Both the position numbers and the translations under genes were made by a program. DNA of 64,000 nt, taken from Desulfurococcaceae archaeon. Its GTDB lineage: Archaea; Thermoproteota; Thermoprotei_A; Sulfolobales; Desulfurococcaceae. The notes below the pieces were generated by a model. The model ran no database searches, was not told the origin of the DNA, and saw only the letters and a list, made by a program, of their open reading frames with translations. The stretch is from contig JAWAJB010000002.1 in NCBI GenBank assembly GCA_038888155.1, forward strand, positions 1 to 64,000, given 5' to 3'. Positions 12,528 to 23,529 of the stretch are shown here, piece by piece (position 1 is the first letter of the stretch; each line of letters starts with the position of its first letter).

Positions 12528-12992
12528 TTACTCAAGGGGGTCAATGAATCTAGCTACAATTATCCTAGGGATAAACCTATAGTTTGGATTCCTAGACCTG
12601 TACTCATTGACAGCTGTCTCGCCCTCATGGATAGGATACTCGTCTTGGTAGTTGCCTAAGTAATCGATCACTCCCTCGTCAACGGCAATTACATATACCG
12701 GGTTAACTGGTATGCTCCACTTCTCGCTACAGTGCTCTGTGCTTTCTGCTTCCCCCTGGATAGATGAACCGTAGCTGTTGAGTTCAGGCTTATAGTATTG
12801 AGTGATGTAATGAGCCACCACGTAGGCAACAGTATTACTATTTCTATGAACTTTTAGTGTAACAACTTCGCTATTATCTTCTAAGGTGAAATGAGACCCC
12901 CATTCAACGCGAAGTTTAATAGACTCTAGGTAACTAATGAATTTATTCAAGTCTTTTACCTTTTCGAGCTCTATTACCTTTACCTTTAACAC
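12528..12992 (-). CDS. Hypothetical protein
   Basis: 154-aa ORF with GGTG SD, filling the gap between neighbours. Confidence 0.65.
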   Translation of the reverse strand: MLKVKVIELEKVKDLNKFISYLESIKLRVEWGSHFTLEDNSEVVTLKVHRNSNTVAYVVAHYITQYYKPELNSYGSSIQGEAESTEHCSEKWSIPVNPVYVIAVDEGVIDYLGNYQDEYPIHEGETAVNEYRSRNPNYRFIPRIIVARFIDPLE

Positions 12993-13054
12993 TTATGAAC
13001 ACCCGGTTAGGACTTTTCTAACAGGTTATTATAGCTATATTCTAGGGGATTGAT

Positions 13055-14638
13055 TTGAGAGAAGATTACGGTGTAATACCGGGTAGTACAAAGGAAAGGA
13101 AAATTATCTATAGAGTTGTAGACTCGCTAAAGGAGACCTTGGAACAGGTTGATTTAGTGGATATCCCCGTAAACTTTTGGAGCTCTGATTGTTCTATTAA
13201 CGTCGGCTCGGACGTGAATAGATGCATACTCCTTCCCTACAGCTCACCTATTTACTTAAAGGTAACTCCAGAGGAGATCCTATTCGGAAGGCCAAACGAG
13301 ATATTCAGGGTAAAAGTAAGGGATAAAGCGATACTTATAGACTACCCTACTAACCTCACCGAACTTCGATGGATTACATTTTTACTTTCATTAAGAGGTG
13401 CAAAGGCAGTTCTACTTTCCCCTGAGCTCGAAGGCACGTTGAAATCTGACGTTGTCCTTGGTTCAATTGGGTATACTAATTACCCAACTGTGCCTCTCAA
13501 CATCCCAGTAGCATGCGTTGATCGCAAGACTGCTCGTATAGTAGCCGAAAAAGGGTTTGAGCTTGAGGCACGTTCAGAGATCACAATGAAGGAATCCAAG
13601 ATTGTTGTGGGACACTTGAATGGTTCAGGGGAACTAGAAGCTCACTTAACTTCACACCACGACGTTCTCGTTGGAGAGTTCGAGGACACACCTTCTAGTG
13701 TGCTCCTCTCAGTCATCCGTAGATTAAGGGAGACCTATTTACCACTGAATTTAACTGTTATATCTTATACAGCTAGGGAAATAGGGGACGCAGAGTTCAC
13801 AGAGTACCACTACACTTGGGGGGAGAGATATCTCCTTAGGGTCATGAGTAGTAAGGGAGCTCTCGATAAAGTTGTCTTGTCAGCGTCAGTTGGTCCTATA
13901 CACTCATCGAGAGACTTAAAGATAGTATCTCACCCAGTTTTCAGCAAGTACCTGAGTACAGAACTAAATTTAAGTGAGGATCACTCATTTCTCGAGAGTC
14001 ACTTTTACTTGCAGCGGGGAATCCCATCTCTCACGATAACATCGCTACCAAACACGTGGATGTTCCACAATTCAACGTCCTTCCACGTCGTAGATAAAGC
14101 TAACATAGAAGCTCAAATCACTAGCACGATCTTACAAGTGCTTAAATCTGCGGAGTTCGTTAATGATTGGATTTCTGATTTACGTAAGAACGTAATAAAA
14201 TCTATTGGTGAACAGTCTCTAGAGACTCGCGTAGAGACATCTAAATTAATTAGTTTATCCGCTAATGTCTCTCCAATTAAGGTAGTCAAAGAAGTCACAA
14301 AATTATCGTACTCATTGATTTATGCAATGTGTTCAAACCCGCTTAAAACGTGGGTTAAGTCATCCTTATTTTCGTCTATATCGGGGAGGACAGCGGAAAC
14401 CCTTAACGAATACGTTAAAAATTGCCTAGGTGAGCTCGTAATCGGGGATAGCAAACGATCGAATTTCTTCTTGTTGGGAAGAACTACTAGCGACAACAGG
14501 GATCGTCTTTTAAATTTATACCTTAGAAGCATAATTATGGACTTAAAAAGCTCTATAAATACTTCAATAGCTGGAGCTAAGCTATTGGGGGTTGCTTCAG
14601 GGGGGATCGAAGAATGGCTGGAAGACAAGCCGGTGTAG
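13055..14638 (+). CDS. Degenerate PA-domain/M28-like peptidase-fold protein
   Basis: RGAKAVLL and NIPVACV (PA domain); TSHHD, YTAREIG, GIPSLTI (M28-like with altered catalytic residues). Confidence 0.55.
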   Translation: MREDYGVIPGSTKERKIIYRVVDSLKETLEQVDLVDIPVNFWSSDCSINVGSDVNRCILLPYSSPIYLKVTPEEILFGRPNEIFRVKVRDKAILIDYPTNLTELRWITFLLSLRGAKAVLLSPELEGTLKSDVVLGSIGYTNYPTVPLNIPVACVDRKTARIVAEKGFELEARSEITMKESKIVVGHLNGSGELEAHLTSHHDVLVGEFEDTPSSVLLSVIRRLRETYLPLNLTVISYTAREIGDAEFTEYHYTWGERYLLRVMSSKGALDKVVLSASVGPIHSSRDLKIVSHPVFSKYLSTELNLSEDHSFLESHFYLQRGIPSLTITSLPNTWMFHNSTSFHVVDKANIEAQITSTILQVLKSAEFVNDWISDLRKNVIKSIGEQSLETRVETSKLISLSANVSPIKVVKEVTKLSYSLIYAMCSNPLKTWVKSSLFSSISGRTAETLNEYVKNCLGELVIGDSKRSNFFLLGRTTSDNRDRLLNLYLRSIIMDLKSSINTSIAGAKLLGVASGGIEEWLEDKPV

Positions 14639-16059
14639 GGATTAACAAGTTCGATAATTTCAGTGAATGGTATCACGTAATTTTGAGAGATGCTGATATG
14701 ATAGACATAAGGTACCCAGTTAAAGGGATGATAGTATGGCGTCCCTATGGTCTCAAGGCGCTTAGGTTAACACAGAAAATAATGATAGACCTCCTAGAGA
14801 GAACAGGTCACTACGAGGCTTATTTCCCAACGCTGATACCTGAATCAATTTTTGCGAGAGAAAAAGAGTTCCTCGAAGGATTTAGCGGAGAGAGCTTCGC
14901 AGTTGAAGGAACAGGCACCAAGAAGTTTAACGAGCGATTTTACATAAGGCCAACAAGCGAGACAGTTATGTACTATATGTGGAACATGTGGATCAAAGGT
15001 CGTAGAGACCTACCTCTGAAAATGTACCAAGTTGTAAACGTATTTAGGTACGAGACGAAAATGACCCACCCTATAATCAGGGTTAGGGAGATCATGAGCT
15101 TCATTGAGGCGCACACAGCCCATGCAACAAAAGAAGAAGTAGAGAAGCAGTTCGAGGAGGCTGTTGGGATATACAAGGCATTTTTCAATAAGTTGCTCTT
15201 GCCATACTTCATAGTTAAGACTCCCCCGTGGGATACATTTGCAGGCGCAGAGTACAACTACGATTTCATTACAGTAATGCCTGATGGCAAGGGCTTAGAG
15301 TTAGGTAGCGTTATTAATTTAGGTCAACGCTTTGCTAAGGCATTTGACATAAAGTTCATGGATACCGATGGCAACGTTAAATACGTTCATCAGACATGTT
15401 ATGGTGTTAGCGAGAGGGTTCTAGGGGCTGTTATAGCCGTACATGGAGATGAGAAAGGCCTGTTCTTTCCACCTGAGATAGCGCCATTACAGGTAGTAAT
15501 TGTCCCAATAGCAAAAGAGGAGGATAAAGACATCCTAGATTACGCCGCGAAAGTTAAAGTTCACCTTGAATCTAAGGGTATAAGAGTACACTTGGACTTA
15601 GACCTCGAGCGAACGCCGGGATGGAAATACTACTATTGGGAGATGAAAGGAGTGCCTACACGCATTGATATAGGGCGCAGAGAGGCGGAGTCTAGAACAG
15701 TCACGATAGCTAGGAGGGATAGCGCTTCTAAGGCTACGGTTAAGCTCGAAGAAATAGAGGGAGCTCTGCTTGAGGCGTGGGCGTCTATTAACTTACACTT
15801 GAGGAATAAAGGTGTAGAGTACTTGAAGAAGATGACTAGAATGACCGAAAACTGTAACTCCTCAGATGACTTTAAGGGTCTTATAATAGCTCCGTGGGAT
15901 GGAAGGCGCGATTCCGCTGAAGAGCTAGAAAAAGCTTTTAGTAGAAGCGTTTTAGGCGAAGTAGTAGAATCGCCAGTAAACCTCCCAGCTCCCTCTAACT
16001 ACACAACGTGTAGCGGTAATAGAGCAGACAGGTTCGCTTTGCTGGGAACTACGTATTAA
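14614..16059 (+). CDS. proS: Proline--tRNA ligase (archaeal/eukaryotic type)
   Basis: FSEWY, RYPVKG, IRPTSET, FRYETK, QTCYGVSER, APLQVVIVPI, C-terminal Tyr. Confidence 0.97.
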   Translation: MAGRQAGVGINKFDNFSEWYHVILRDADMIDIRYPVKGMIVWRPYGLKALRLTQKIMIDLLERTGHYEAYFPTLIPESIFAREKEFLEGFSGESFAVEGTGTKKFNERFYIRPTSETVMYYMWNMWIKGRRDLPLKMYQVVNVFRYETKMTHPIIRVREIMSFIEAHTAHATKEEVEKQFEEAVGIYKAFFNKLLLPYFIVKTPPWDTFAGAEYNYDFITVMPDGKGLELGSVINLGQRFAKAFDIKFMDTDGNVKYVHQTCYGVSERVLGAVIAVHGDEKGLFFPPEIAPLQVVIVPIAKEEDKDILDYAAKVKVHLESKGIRVHLDLDLERTPGWKYYYWEMKGVPTRIDIGRREAESRTVTIARRDSASKATVKLEEIEGALLEAWASINLHLRNKGVEYLKKMTRMTENCNSSDDFKGLIIAPWDGRRDSAEELEKAFSRSVLGEVVESPVNLPAPSNYTTCSGNRADRFALLGTTY

Positions 16060-16074
16060 GATCTCTCAGGCATC

Positions 16075-16380
16075 TTGACCAAGAATTTTTATAAAGGAAT
16101 TTTGTCTAGTTTAAACAAGCTTATGGTTGATAACATGAGCGAGTACTTAAAACAACTAAAAATACAGCTGGTTACTAAAATACCGGGTCTAAAGTTCTAC
16201 GACATCTCTCCCCTAGAAATAGGTATTTCAAAGGAGGGGCACTCAGAGATAAGAGTAAAGGACGAGCGAGACTACGTTATTATTAAACTGGGCAACCAGC
16301 TCTACAAGTACGACAAATGGTATACTAAGCCTGAGCATTTAGCAGAAATGCTTAAGATCTACTATACAAAAACACCGTAG
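16075..16380 (+). CDS. Small hypothetical protein (start probably ATG at 16136)
   Basis: ORF with YKYDKWYTKPEHLA C-terminal motif; TATA-like TTTTATAAA upstream of the internal ATG. Confidence 0.6.
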   Translation: MTKNFYKGILSSLNKLMVDNMSEYLKQLKIQLVTKIPGLKFYDISPLEIGISKEGHSEIRVKDERDYVIIKLGNQLYKYDKWYTKPEHLAEMLKIYYTKTP

Positions 16381-16420
16381 TAGCCATATGGAATACAAAG
16401 TGGGATACGCTATAATGAAG

Positions 16421-17116
16421 TTACTTCTTACAGACTGAAACTTTTTTAATCTCAAAATAGCCTTCATACTCTGATATCTCAAGCACTCTGCCGTACACAG
16501 CTAATCTGTACTTGAATAGCGGGGCGTTAATCACTACAGTCTCTGCCTCTCCTCCCTCGAATGATAAGTTAAAGCCGTATTTTATCGACAACTTAGTTAG
16601 CTCATCTAGTTCACTGCGTGTTATAGTCCTTCCAAGTAAATTGTGAGGTATGCCCATAGATGTTATAGATATAAGTGTAAACTCGATGTCATGATCTAAT
16701 AGTTCTTTCATGTACTCTTTCTCTTCTACTCCCCAATTAGGTGCATACAATTCTAAACCAATGGCTTCAGCAACTCTACTAAATGCGTTTTTTTGAAAAG
16801 CGCTTTTAATACCCCCCATTACTACTACTCGGACGCCGTAGCTATCCCTGATTCTACATAATAGCTCTCTCAAAGCCTCCTCCTCTTTGCGCGGATCATA
16901 AAGTCCAATAGTCTCTAGCGGAATTTTCAGCGCGTAAGCCTGAGCCATCAGGACAGTGTAGTTTGGTTGATGGTACAACATAGAGTATTTATAATGCGGT
17001 ATAATAGAGGCTAATGCCTTAACGTTAAGCCCGCTCCATATTGCTTTATGTAACGCATAAACAGAGTCTTTGCCTCCAGTGAACAGTACAGCTGCCCCCG
17101 TCAAGCAAGCCCCCAC
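16421..17116 (-). CDS. Diphthine--ammonia ligase (Dph6 family PP-loop ATPase)
   Basis: FTGGKDS PP-loop; FEGGEAETVVINAPLF. Confidence 0.9.
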   Translation of the reverse strand: MGACLTGAAVLFTGGKDSVYALHKAIWSGLNVKALASIIPHYKYSMLYHQPNYTVLMAQAYALKIPLETIGLYDPRKEEEALRELLCRIRDSYGVRVVVMGGIKSAFQKNAFSRVAEAIGLELYAPNWGVEEKEYMKELLDHDIEFTLISITSMGIPHNLLGRTITRSELDELTKLSIKYGFNLSFEGGEAETVVINAPLFKYRLAVYGRVLEISEYEGYFEIKKVSVCKK

Positions 17117-17160
17117 AATTTTTACCTATCTTATCCGTTGCATTATATTAATGGGATATC

Positions 17161-17865
17161 ATGAGGATAACAATTATATCTGACAATAAAGCAAGTAAAG
17201 AGAGATTGATTGGAAGACACTCTTTATCTGTGCTCATAGAGAGAAACGGCGTTCTATACTTATTTGGACTAGCATCTGACCCTTATTTACTTGAGTACAA
17301 TACTAGAAAGCTTGGAATTAGTCTTGATGTAGTTGACTACGTGATTATATCCCACGAACACAGGGCACACTATGGCGGTTTTCGCTATATTGCGTCTGAA
17401 GCTCCATACATAAGTGTATTTATTCCATATGGCTCTATGGAGTACCTTGGGAGGTTACTGAGCGTAAATGCCCTCAGGCCAAGGGAGATCGTTAAGTGGA
17501 CCGTCCTAGACACGGGCGCACATATATCTGAGCCATATCAAGGTCCACCCTATGAGCACTTCCTTGTTATTGAGAGAGGAGAAGGGCTTGTTGTCTTCTC
17601 CGGGTGTATGCACTCAGGCCCTCAGGTTCTACGCGCAATTTCAAGCTACTTTGGTAAAAAGGTAGACGTCATTATTGGGGGGTTCCATTTACTAAACGCC
17701 CCAAGCGATATACTGGAGTTTTACGTGAAGTTTCTACACGACGCGATTAAACCAAGGGTTGTCATTCCGCTTCATTGCAGTGGGGAGAGACTTATCAGCG
17801 AGCTAAAAAAATGCGGAGACATTGAAGTGCTAGAGATGGGCGCTGGAGACGAGTTCGAGGTTTAG
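17161..17865 (+). CDS. MBL-fold metallo-hydrolase with a degenerate motif
   Basis: [30 protein letters not shown]. Confidence 0.85.
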   Translation: MRITIISDNKASKERLIGRHSLSVLIERNGVLYLFGLASDPYLLEYNTRKLGISLDVVDYVIISHEHRAHYGGFRYIASEAPYISVFIPYGSMEYLGRLLSVNALRPREIVKWTVLDTGAHISEPYQGPPYEHFLVIERGEGLVVFSGCMHSGPQVLRAISSYFGKKVDVIIGGFHLLNAPSDILEFYVKFLHDAIKPRVVIPLHCSGERLISELKKCGDIEVLEMGAGDEFEV

Positions 17866-19262
17866 CCGCTACCTGCTCTGAACTTTGGGTGGTACTTTCT
17901 TATATGCTCTGGCTTGATCTTGGTGAGATCTTCTTCTGGTAAAGTTGAGAGCGTATTCCAGGCAATGTTGAGGGTATCCTCTATGCTCCTTCTCTCGTAC
18001 TCGCCTTGGTTAATAAATTCTCTCTCAAACTTATCTGCGAAATCTAAGTACTTTCTGTCCCTAGGAGTAAGCGACTCTGTTCCAACTATCACGCTGAGCT
18101 CTCTAAGTCTAACTCCTTCCGAGTATGCGCTAATTAGCTGCATGAAGACGCCATGATGATCTTCGCGTGTTTTTCCTGGACCTATGCCGTCCTTCATTAG
18201 CCTTGAAAGGCTCATTAGTGGATCGAAAGGCGGGTATATGCCTTTAAGCCACGTTGTTCTCGAGAGTACGAGTTGTCCCTCCGTTATGTAACCTGTTAGG
18301 TCTGGGACTGGGTGCGTTATGTCATCGTCTGGCATAGTTAGTATGGGCATTTGGGTGATACTCCCTTTCCTACCAGATACTCGGCCTGCCCTTTCATATA
18401 TAGTGGCCAGATCTGTGTACATGTAGCCGGGATAGCCCCTTCTACCTGGCACTTCTTCGCGCGCTGAACTGAGCTCCCTGAGTGCCTCACAGTAGAAAGT
18501 CATATCAGTCATTACTACGAGTACGTGCATGTCGTGACTCCAAGCTAGGTGCTCAGCAATTGTGAGAGCTACTCTTGGTGTAGCTATCCTCTCTATCACA
18601 GGGGCATTGGCGGTATTTATGATCGCGACGATATGTTCTAATCCACCAGCCCTCTTGAAGTTGTCTATGAAGAACATCGCATCATCGTATGGTACGCCTA
18701 TAGCAGCGAATACAACGGCGAACCTCTCTTCGCGGCCAAGGACCTTTGATTGCCTAACTACTTGTGCCGCAATTTTATTGTGAGGTAAACCCGAGCCACT
18801 AAATATAGGTAGCTTTTGACCCCTCACAATGCTAAATAAACCGTCAATAGCTGAAATGCCCGTTTCTATGAACTCTGAGGGGGGCATCCTAGCAGCTGGA
18901 TTCAGGGGTGCGCCGTTTATATCTAGGTAATCCTCGGGTATTATAGTTGGTCCGTTGTCTATTGGTCTTCCGAGACCATCCAGTGTTCTGCCGAGAATAT
19001 CTATGCTAACTGGTATTTTGAGCGTTTCCCCTCTATATTTTACCTTGGATCTTTTTAGGTCTACGTCAGAGACTCCGCCGAAAACCTGTATTATTGTAAC
19101 GTTAGTACTTACATCGATAACTTGACCTAGCTTTACTTCTCCACTAGGGAGTTCTACTTCAACTATTTCATTATACTTTACTCCAGGTACGGTCTCAACA
19201 AATAAAAGGCTTCCCTGGGCTTTTTCAAGCCTCTGCGTTTCGCGAATCAAGAGACTAGGCAC
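17862..19262 (-). CDS. atpB: A/V-type ATP synthase subunit B
   Basis: [47 protein letters not shown]. Confidence 0.98.
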   Translation of the reverse strand: MPSLLIRETQRLEKAQGSLLFVETVPGVKYNEIVEVELPSGEVKLGQVIDVSTNVTIIQVFGGVSDVDLKRSKVKYRGETLKIPVSIDILGRTLDGLGRPIDNGPTIIPEDYLDINGAPLNPAARMPPSEFIETGISAIDGLFSIVRGQKLPIFSGSGLPHNKIAAQVVRQSKVLGREERFAVVFAAIGVPYDDAMFFIDNFKRAGGLEHIVAIINTANAPVIERIATPRVALTIAEHLAWSHDMHVLVVMTDMTFYCEALRELSSAREEVPGRRGYPGYMYTDLATIYERAGRVSGRKGSITQMPILTMPDDDITHPVPDLTGYITEGQLVLSRTTWLKGIYPPFDPLMSLSRLMKDGIGPGKTREDHHGVFMQLISAYSEGVRLRELSVIVGTESLTPRDRKYLDFADKFEREFINQGEYERRSIEDTLNIAWNTLSTLPEEDLTKIKPEHIRKYHPKFRAGSG

Positions 19263-21048
19263 CAGTCTTCACCTCGAGCATAAGCGCACTCATCTCATCC
19301 TCAATAGACTTAGCTACCTTGTTGAATTGCTCCTCTAGTTTTGCCCTCTCAGTAGTAAATGGAATATATTTCATTCTAGCAATCTCACCTCTTACGCGAA
19401 GCTCGCGAATCTTCTCAAATGGAACGCCAATTTCAATTGCTTCTTTGGCCTTTTGATAAAATAAAGCTATAATTTTAGCCATAAGCGCTGTTTTGTGCGG
19501 AGGGCTATAGGCATCCTCCATGCTGAGGGCGTCTTGCTGTAGGAAGTCCTCTCTTATCATCCTAGATACTTCAAGAACAAGCCGGTCCTCAACTGGAAGT
19601 GCATCAGCGCCCACCAAGCGCACGAGCTCTTCCAGCTCGGCTTCACGCTGAAGTACCTTTAGGAACAGCTCCCGTAGTTTCAGGTATTCGGGATCGATCT
19701 TAGACCACCACTCAACTAAGTTTTCAGCGTATAAGCTGTAGCTAATCAGCCAATTAATAGCAGGGTAGTGCCTCCTGTACGCTAGAGCCACATCTAGTGC
19801 AAACAGAGCCCTTATTATCCTCAATGTAGCCTGAGTAACCGGTTCACTGAAGTCTGCACCCGGTGGAGATACAGCTCCAATAATTGTTAGGCTACCAGAG
19901 CGCTCAGGGTTACCGCCAACCTTTACAAGACCGCTCCTCTCGTAGAATGAAGCAAGCCTTGATCCTAAGTATGCGGGAAAGCCCTCCTCTCCTGGAAGCT
20001 CCTCAAGCCTGCCACTAATCTCTCTCATGGCTTCTGCCCATCTACTTGTCGAATCGGCTACTAAGAGCACGTTGTAGCCCATGTCCCTAAAGTATTCTCC
20101 TATAGTCACTCCAAGGAAGACGCTTGCTTCGCGTGCAGCTACAGGCATGTTGCTGGTGTTCGCTATGAAGACACTTCTCTCCATCATTGGCCTTCCAGTT
20201 TTGGGATCAATCAGTTTCCTAAAACTATGAAGAGCATCGGACATTTCATTACCTCGCTCCCCGCATCCTACGTATATTGTTATGTCGGCTTGGCTCCACT
20301 TGGTAAAGGTATGCAAAGCAACAGTCTTACCTGTTCCAAACCCACCTGGGATAGCCGCCTTTCCTCCTAGCCCTAGAGGAAAGAGAAAATCTATTACACG
20401 AGAACCAATAACAAGAGGTAGTCTCGGCTCCAGCTTTTCTTTATATGGCCTAGGCCTCCTCACAGGCCATATCTGTAGCATTGGTATCTCAGATCCATTG
20501 ACTTTAGCTATGGGCTCTACAATAGTGTAGTCTCCCTCGCTGGCAACCCATTCAAGCAAGCCACCCACTCCTTGTGGGATCATGATATGATGTTTCACAA
20601 CGCTAGTCTCCTGAACAACTCCTATAATGTCTCCTGCCGATATCTTAATTCCAGCTTTAACAGTGGGTGTGAAATACCACTTCTTATCTCGGGGGAGAGT
20701 AGGAAGCTTAACTCCTTTCTTAATAAAGAAGCCTATAGCTATGTTAAGCTCAGGAAGAGGTCTTTGGATTCCATCAAATATTGACCCTATAAGGCCCGGA
20801 GCTAGCTCAGCAGATAGAGGCTTGCCCGTGGCAACTACCGGCTCTCCTACTTGAAGTCCTCCCGTGTCCTCGTAAACTTGTATAATTGCTCGATCTCCTT
20901 CAACTCCTATAACCTCACCAATAAGCTTCTCCTGTCCTACTTCTACAACTTCATAAACGCTAACGCCCCGCATATTGTCAGCTATTACAACGGGGCCGGA
21001 AACTCTGTGCACTATACCTTTAAGCATTCCCTTTCCACCGCTACCCAA
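19255..21048 (-). CDS. atpA: A/V-type ATP synthase subunit A, no intein
   Basis: P-loop [41 protein letters not shown]. Confidence 0.98.
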   Translation of the reverse strand: MGSGGKGMLKGIVHRVSGPVVIADNMRGVSVYEVVEVGQEKLIGEVIGVEGDRAIIQVYEDTGGLQVGEPVVATGKPLSAELAPGLIGSIFDGIQRPLPELNIAIGFFIKKGVKLPTLPRDKKWYFTPTVKAGIKISAGDIIGVVQETSVVKHHIMIPQGVGGLLEWVASEGDYTIVEPIAKVNGSEIPMLQIWPVRRPRPYKEKLEPRLPLVIGSRVIDFLFPLGLGGKAAIPGGFGTGKTVALHTFTKWSQADITIYVGCGERGNEMSDALHSFRKLIDPKTGRPMMERSVFIANTSNMPVAAREASVFLGVTIGEYFRDMGYNVLLVADSTSRWAEAMREISGRLEELPGEEGFPAYLGSRLASFYERSGLVKVGGNPERSGSLTIIGAVSPPGADFSEPVTQATLRIIRALFALDVALAYRRHYPAINWLISYSLYAENLVEWWSKIDPEYLKLRELFLKVLQREAELEELVRLVGADALPVEDRLVLEVSRMIREDFLQQDALSMEDAYSPPHKTALMAKIIALFYQKAKEAIEIGVPFEKIRELRVRGEIARMKYIPFTTERAKLEEQFNKVAKSIEDEMSALMLEVKTGA

Positions 21049-21149
21049 AGAAATAAGAGATTCGGTTAGAATAAATATACACGTTGGTTTTTATACTCTG
21101 TGAAGGACTGCTAACGTCCTCATTTCAAAATATTTTTCTATATAGGGAA

Positions 21150-21488
21150 CTAAATTGATATTTCGATGCCAAGTATTTTCCGAGCTACTTCTCGGTAGTA
21201 CTTCTTCGGATCAACTGCTGGATGCTTTATAGGGTGTTCTATCATCAACGCTATTTTATTACGCGCGGATCTCTTCATAAAATCTTCGACCGCTTCGCAT
21301 TTCTCCTTAACAACATCTAGGTAAACTACTACATCGTATTTTTGAATATTAGAGTTAAGCCATTCGAGTAGAGCTTTGCAGTCATCGTTGAAGAGATACG
21401 CGTCAATTCCGGCAGCTAATGCTATAAGTTCAAGGAACTCATCGCCTATGAAGAGAATTTTACCAGCTTTAATCAAGGGTAAACCCAC
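21150..21488 (-). CDS. atpF: A-type ATP synthase subunit F
   Basis: Size, operon position, KILFIGDE...LAAGI start and KILGIEI end. Confidence 0.75.
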   Translation of the reverse strand: MGLPLIKAGKILFIGDEFLELIALAAGIDAYLFNDDCKALLEWLNSNIQKYDVVVYLDVVKEKCEAVEDFMKRSARNKIALMIEHPIKHPAVDPKKYYREVARKILGIEISI

Positions 21489-22420
21489 CTCTCGATGAAA
21501 GCTCTCAGCTCGTTTTTAACGCTTGGGTCACCTAAGTGTATAGAAGAGAGCACTAGTCTTATCAAGAAGGATTGTCTCATAATTAGGAGATAGTTTTTCA
21601 AGAACACTTCGGGCTCCATTACGTGCAGTGAAAACGCTGAGTAATGCGAAGAGGCAGAGACAGCTAGAAGATCTAGCAACTCGTACCCATAAGTAAATCG
21701 GGCTATATCCATTCCCATAGAGCATGCATAACTCAATATCGGCCTTGCCCTCTTTAAGAACTCAATAGTTTGAGAAAGACCTGCTTCGAGGGACTTACAA
21801 GCAGACGACATTTCTTCGAGGCTAACTAACAAAGGTCTCCACGTGTAGTCTCTAAACCCGATAATACTACATAATCTCAGCAACGTGAAATCGTATAGAA
21901 GTCCAGAGGCAATGAAAACTCCATACTTCTCTGTTCTTTTAATTACCCTTAAGATGTAGTCGTAAATGCGTAGTATGTCTTCCCCCCTAAGGGCTTTACG
22001 TGAAAAATACGCTTTTGAGAGCAAATCCACGTATTTATTGGGATAAGTTTTCCTAGTTGCAGCAAACTCGACTAAGACATTTGCAAACGTAGGTAAATAA
22101 CCGATTGGCTTTAGACCTCTTTCGTGGCTGAGGAATGCAACTACAGCTCCGAGCGTCTCGAGGATGCCCTCTATGGCTTCAGCGAACTCTCTATGCGTCT
22201 TACACGTTTCAACAAGCTGGTGGAGAGTTGAAGCGTGATATATATCAAGGTCTCGCATCAGGCTATTTAATCCTATTCTTAGTTCCTCTAATTTTCTCAA
22301 AGTGCTCGGAGCAAAATCCTTGTTGACTATTGCTCTTATTGCCTCTGTAAGATTGTTGGTGTTCAACATTTTCAGGTACTCTTCCTTGGATATGTAGACA
22401 TTTCTTCTTGCGTACAGCAC
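21473..22420 (-). CDS. atpC: A-type ATP synthase subunit C (divergent)
   Basis: ~315-aa helical ORF between subunits E and F. Confidence 0.6.
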   Translation of the reverse strand: MLYARRNVYISKEEYLKMLNTNNLTEAIRAIVNKDFAPSTLRKLEELRIGLNSLMRDLDIYHASTLHQLVETCKTHREFAEAIEGILETLGAVVAFLSHERGLKPIGYLPTFANVLVEFAATRKTYPNKYVDLLSKAYFSRKALRGEDILRIYDYILRVIKRTEKYGVFIASGLLYDFTLLRLCSIIGFRDYTWRPLLVSLEEMSSACKSLEAGLSQTIEFLKRARPILSYACSMGMDIARFTYGYELLDLLAVSASSHYSAFSLHVMEPEVFLKNYLLIMRQSFLIRLVLSSIHLGDPSVKNELRAFIERWVYP

Positions 22421-22426
22421 CTTGAC

Positions 22427-22990
22427 CTAGCCCCATAATATCCTTGCTACCTTGTCGACAAGCCTCAACTTAGATTGCTCTAGCCGAGTTTCAAGTCTAT
22501 TATCAACTAATGTACCGCCTTCCGACACTACTATTATGCCCTCTCGCACGTTAGGCGAAGGCTCTACCTGCACTTCCCTATACCCAAGCTCGGCTAGTAT
22601 CTCCTTGACTACCTCTAAGCGCCTCGGACTTGAGAGAACTTTAACGGGCTTGCCTATGTAATTAATTGACTCCAAAATTAAGTTCCTCAGCGATAACCTC
22701 ACATCGTATTCCTCTCTTTCGATGAGCTCCCATGCTTTCTCAAACACTTCTCTTACTGTTGCTTCTTTGGCTCTAGCAACAATAAAGCTAGCAGTTCTCT
22801 TGGCCTCACTTATAATTACACTAGCCTCCCTTCGAGCGCTCTCAACGGCTTTCCTTCTTTCGGTCTCAGCCTTTTCCAGCCACTTTTTCTCAGCATCTTT
22901 AATTATGGCAGTTGCCTCTCTATTAGCGGCCTCTACCATTTCTTTGGCTCTCCTTTCGGCGTCTTCGATGATTTTATCTATACCGCTCAC
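22427..22990 (-). CDS. atpE: A-type ATP synthase subunit E
   Basis: N-terminal coiled coil; GIIVVSEGGTLVDNRLETRL; ends ARILWG. Confidence 0.9.
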   Translation of the reverse strand: MSGIDKIIEDAERRAKEMVEAANREATAIIKDAEKKWLEKAETERRKAVESARREASVIISEAKRTASFIVARAKEATVREVFEKAWELIEREEYDVRLSLRNLILESINYIGKPVKVLSSPRRLEVVKEILAELGYREVQVEPSPNVREGIIVVSEGGTLVDNRLETRLEQSKLRLVDKVARILWG

Positions 22991-23001
22991 AGCTACATCA
23001 C

Positions 23002-23463
23002 TTAGCTAAGGAGGCTTAATCCGAGAATTGTGAACACTATCCCCAATATCCCCCATAGCTCTACGTACACTGCAAGAATAATTGAGCTCATGAGATTTCT
23101 ACCTTTGGTTCTTGGTAAGTCAGCCTCGCCAGCCGCACAGACTATTCCCTGGGCCCACGCAGATAGGAACTCAGCAAATAATCCGACGAGCCCTATTCCA
23201 ACCATTCCAAGTGCTCTGGGAACAGTTACCTCAACAGATGGTATGTATACGCTAATCATGTATATCAGTTGTATTAAGCCGTAAAAGGTCTGAGTCATTG
23301 GTAGTGCTGCAAGTATCAGCACATTTCTAAACTGAGCAGGATCCTCAGCTAGCACCGAAGCTCCCACACTTGCTGAGTGTCTCATACCCGTTGTCGAGCC
23401 CAAAACTCCTCCAACTAATGGTAGCGCTGCAGCTAAGTAAGCTAATCCTAGTGGGTCAAGCAT
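23002..23463 (-). CDS. atpK: A-type ATP synthase subunit K (c), two hairpins, one carboxylate
   Basis: LPMTQTFYG in hairpin 1; AWAQG and YVELWGILG in hairpin 2. Confidence 0.93.
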   Translation of the reverse strand: MLDPLGLAYLAAALPLVGGVLGSTTGMRHSASVGASVLAEDPAQFRNVLILAALPMTQTFYGLIQLIYMISVYIPSVEVTVPRALGMVGIGLVGLFAEFLSAWAQGIVCAAGEADLPRTKGRNLMSSIILAVYVELWGILGIVFTILGLSLLS

Positions 23464-23529
23464 ATTTAATCCCTGCGAGTAAAGTAAGCTAGCCTAGAAC
23501 TTTTAAGCGTTTCCCCCGTTGTGGTCACT

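Noticed and set aside
11367-13054. dif site near xerA
   Set aside because: No 11-6-11 inverted repeat identified by eye
19255-21048. Possible intein in atpA
   Set aside because: Normal length and continuous sequence through the P-loop
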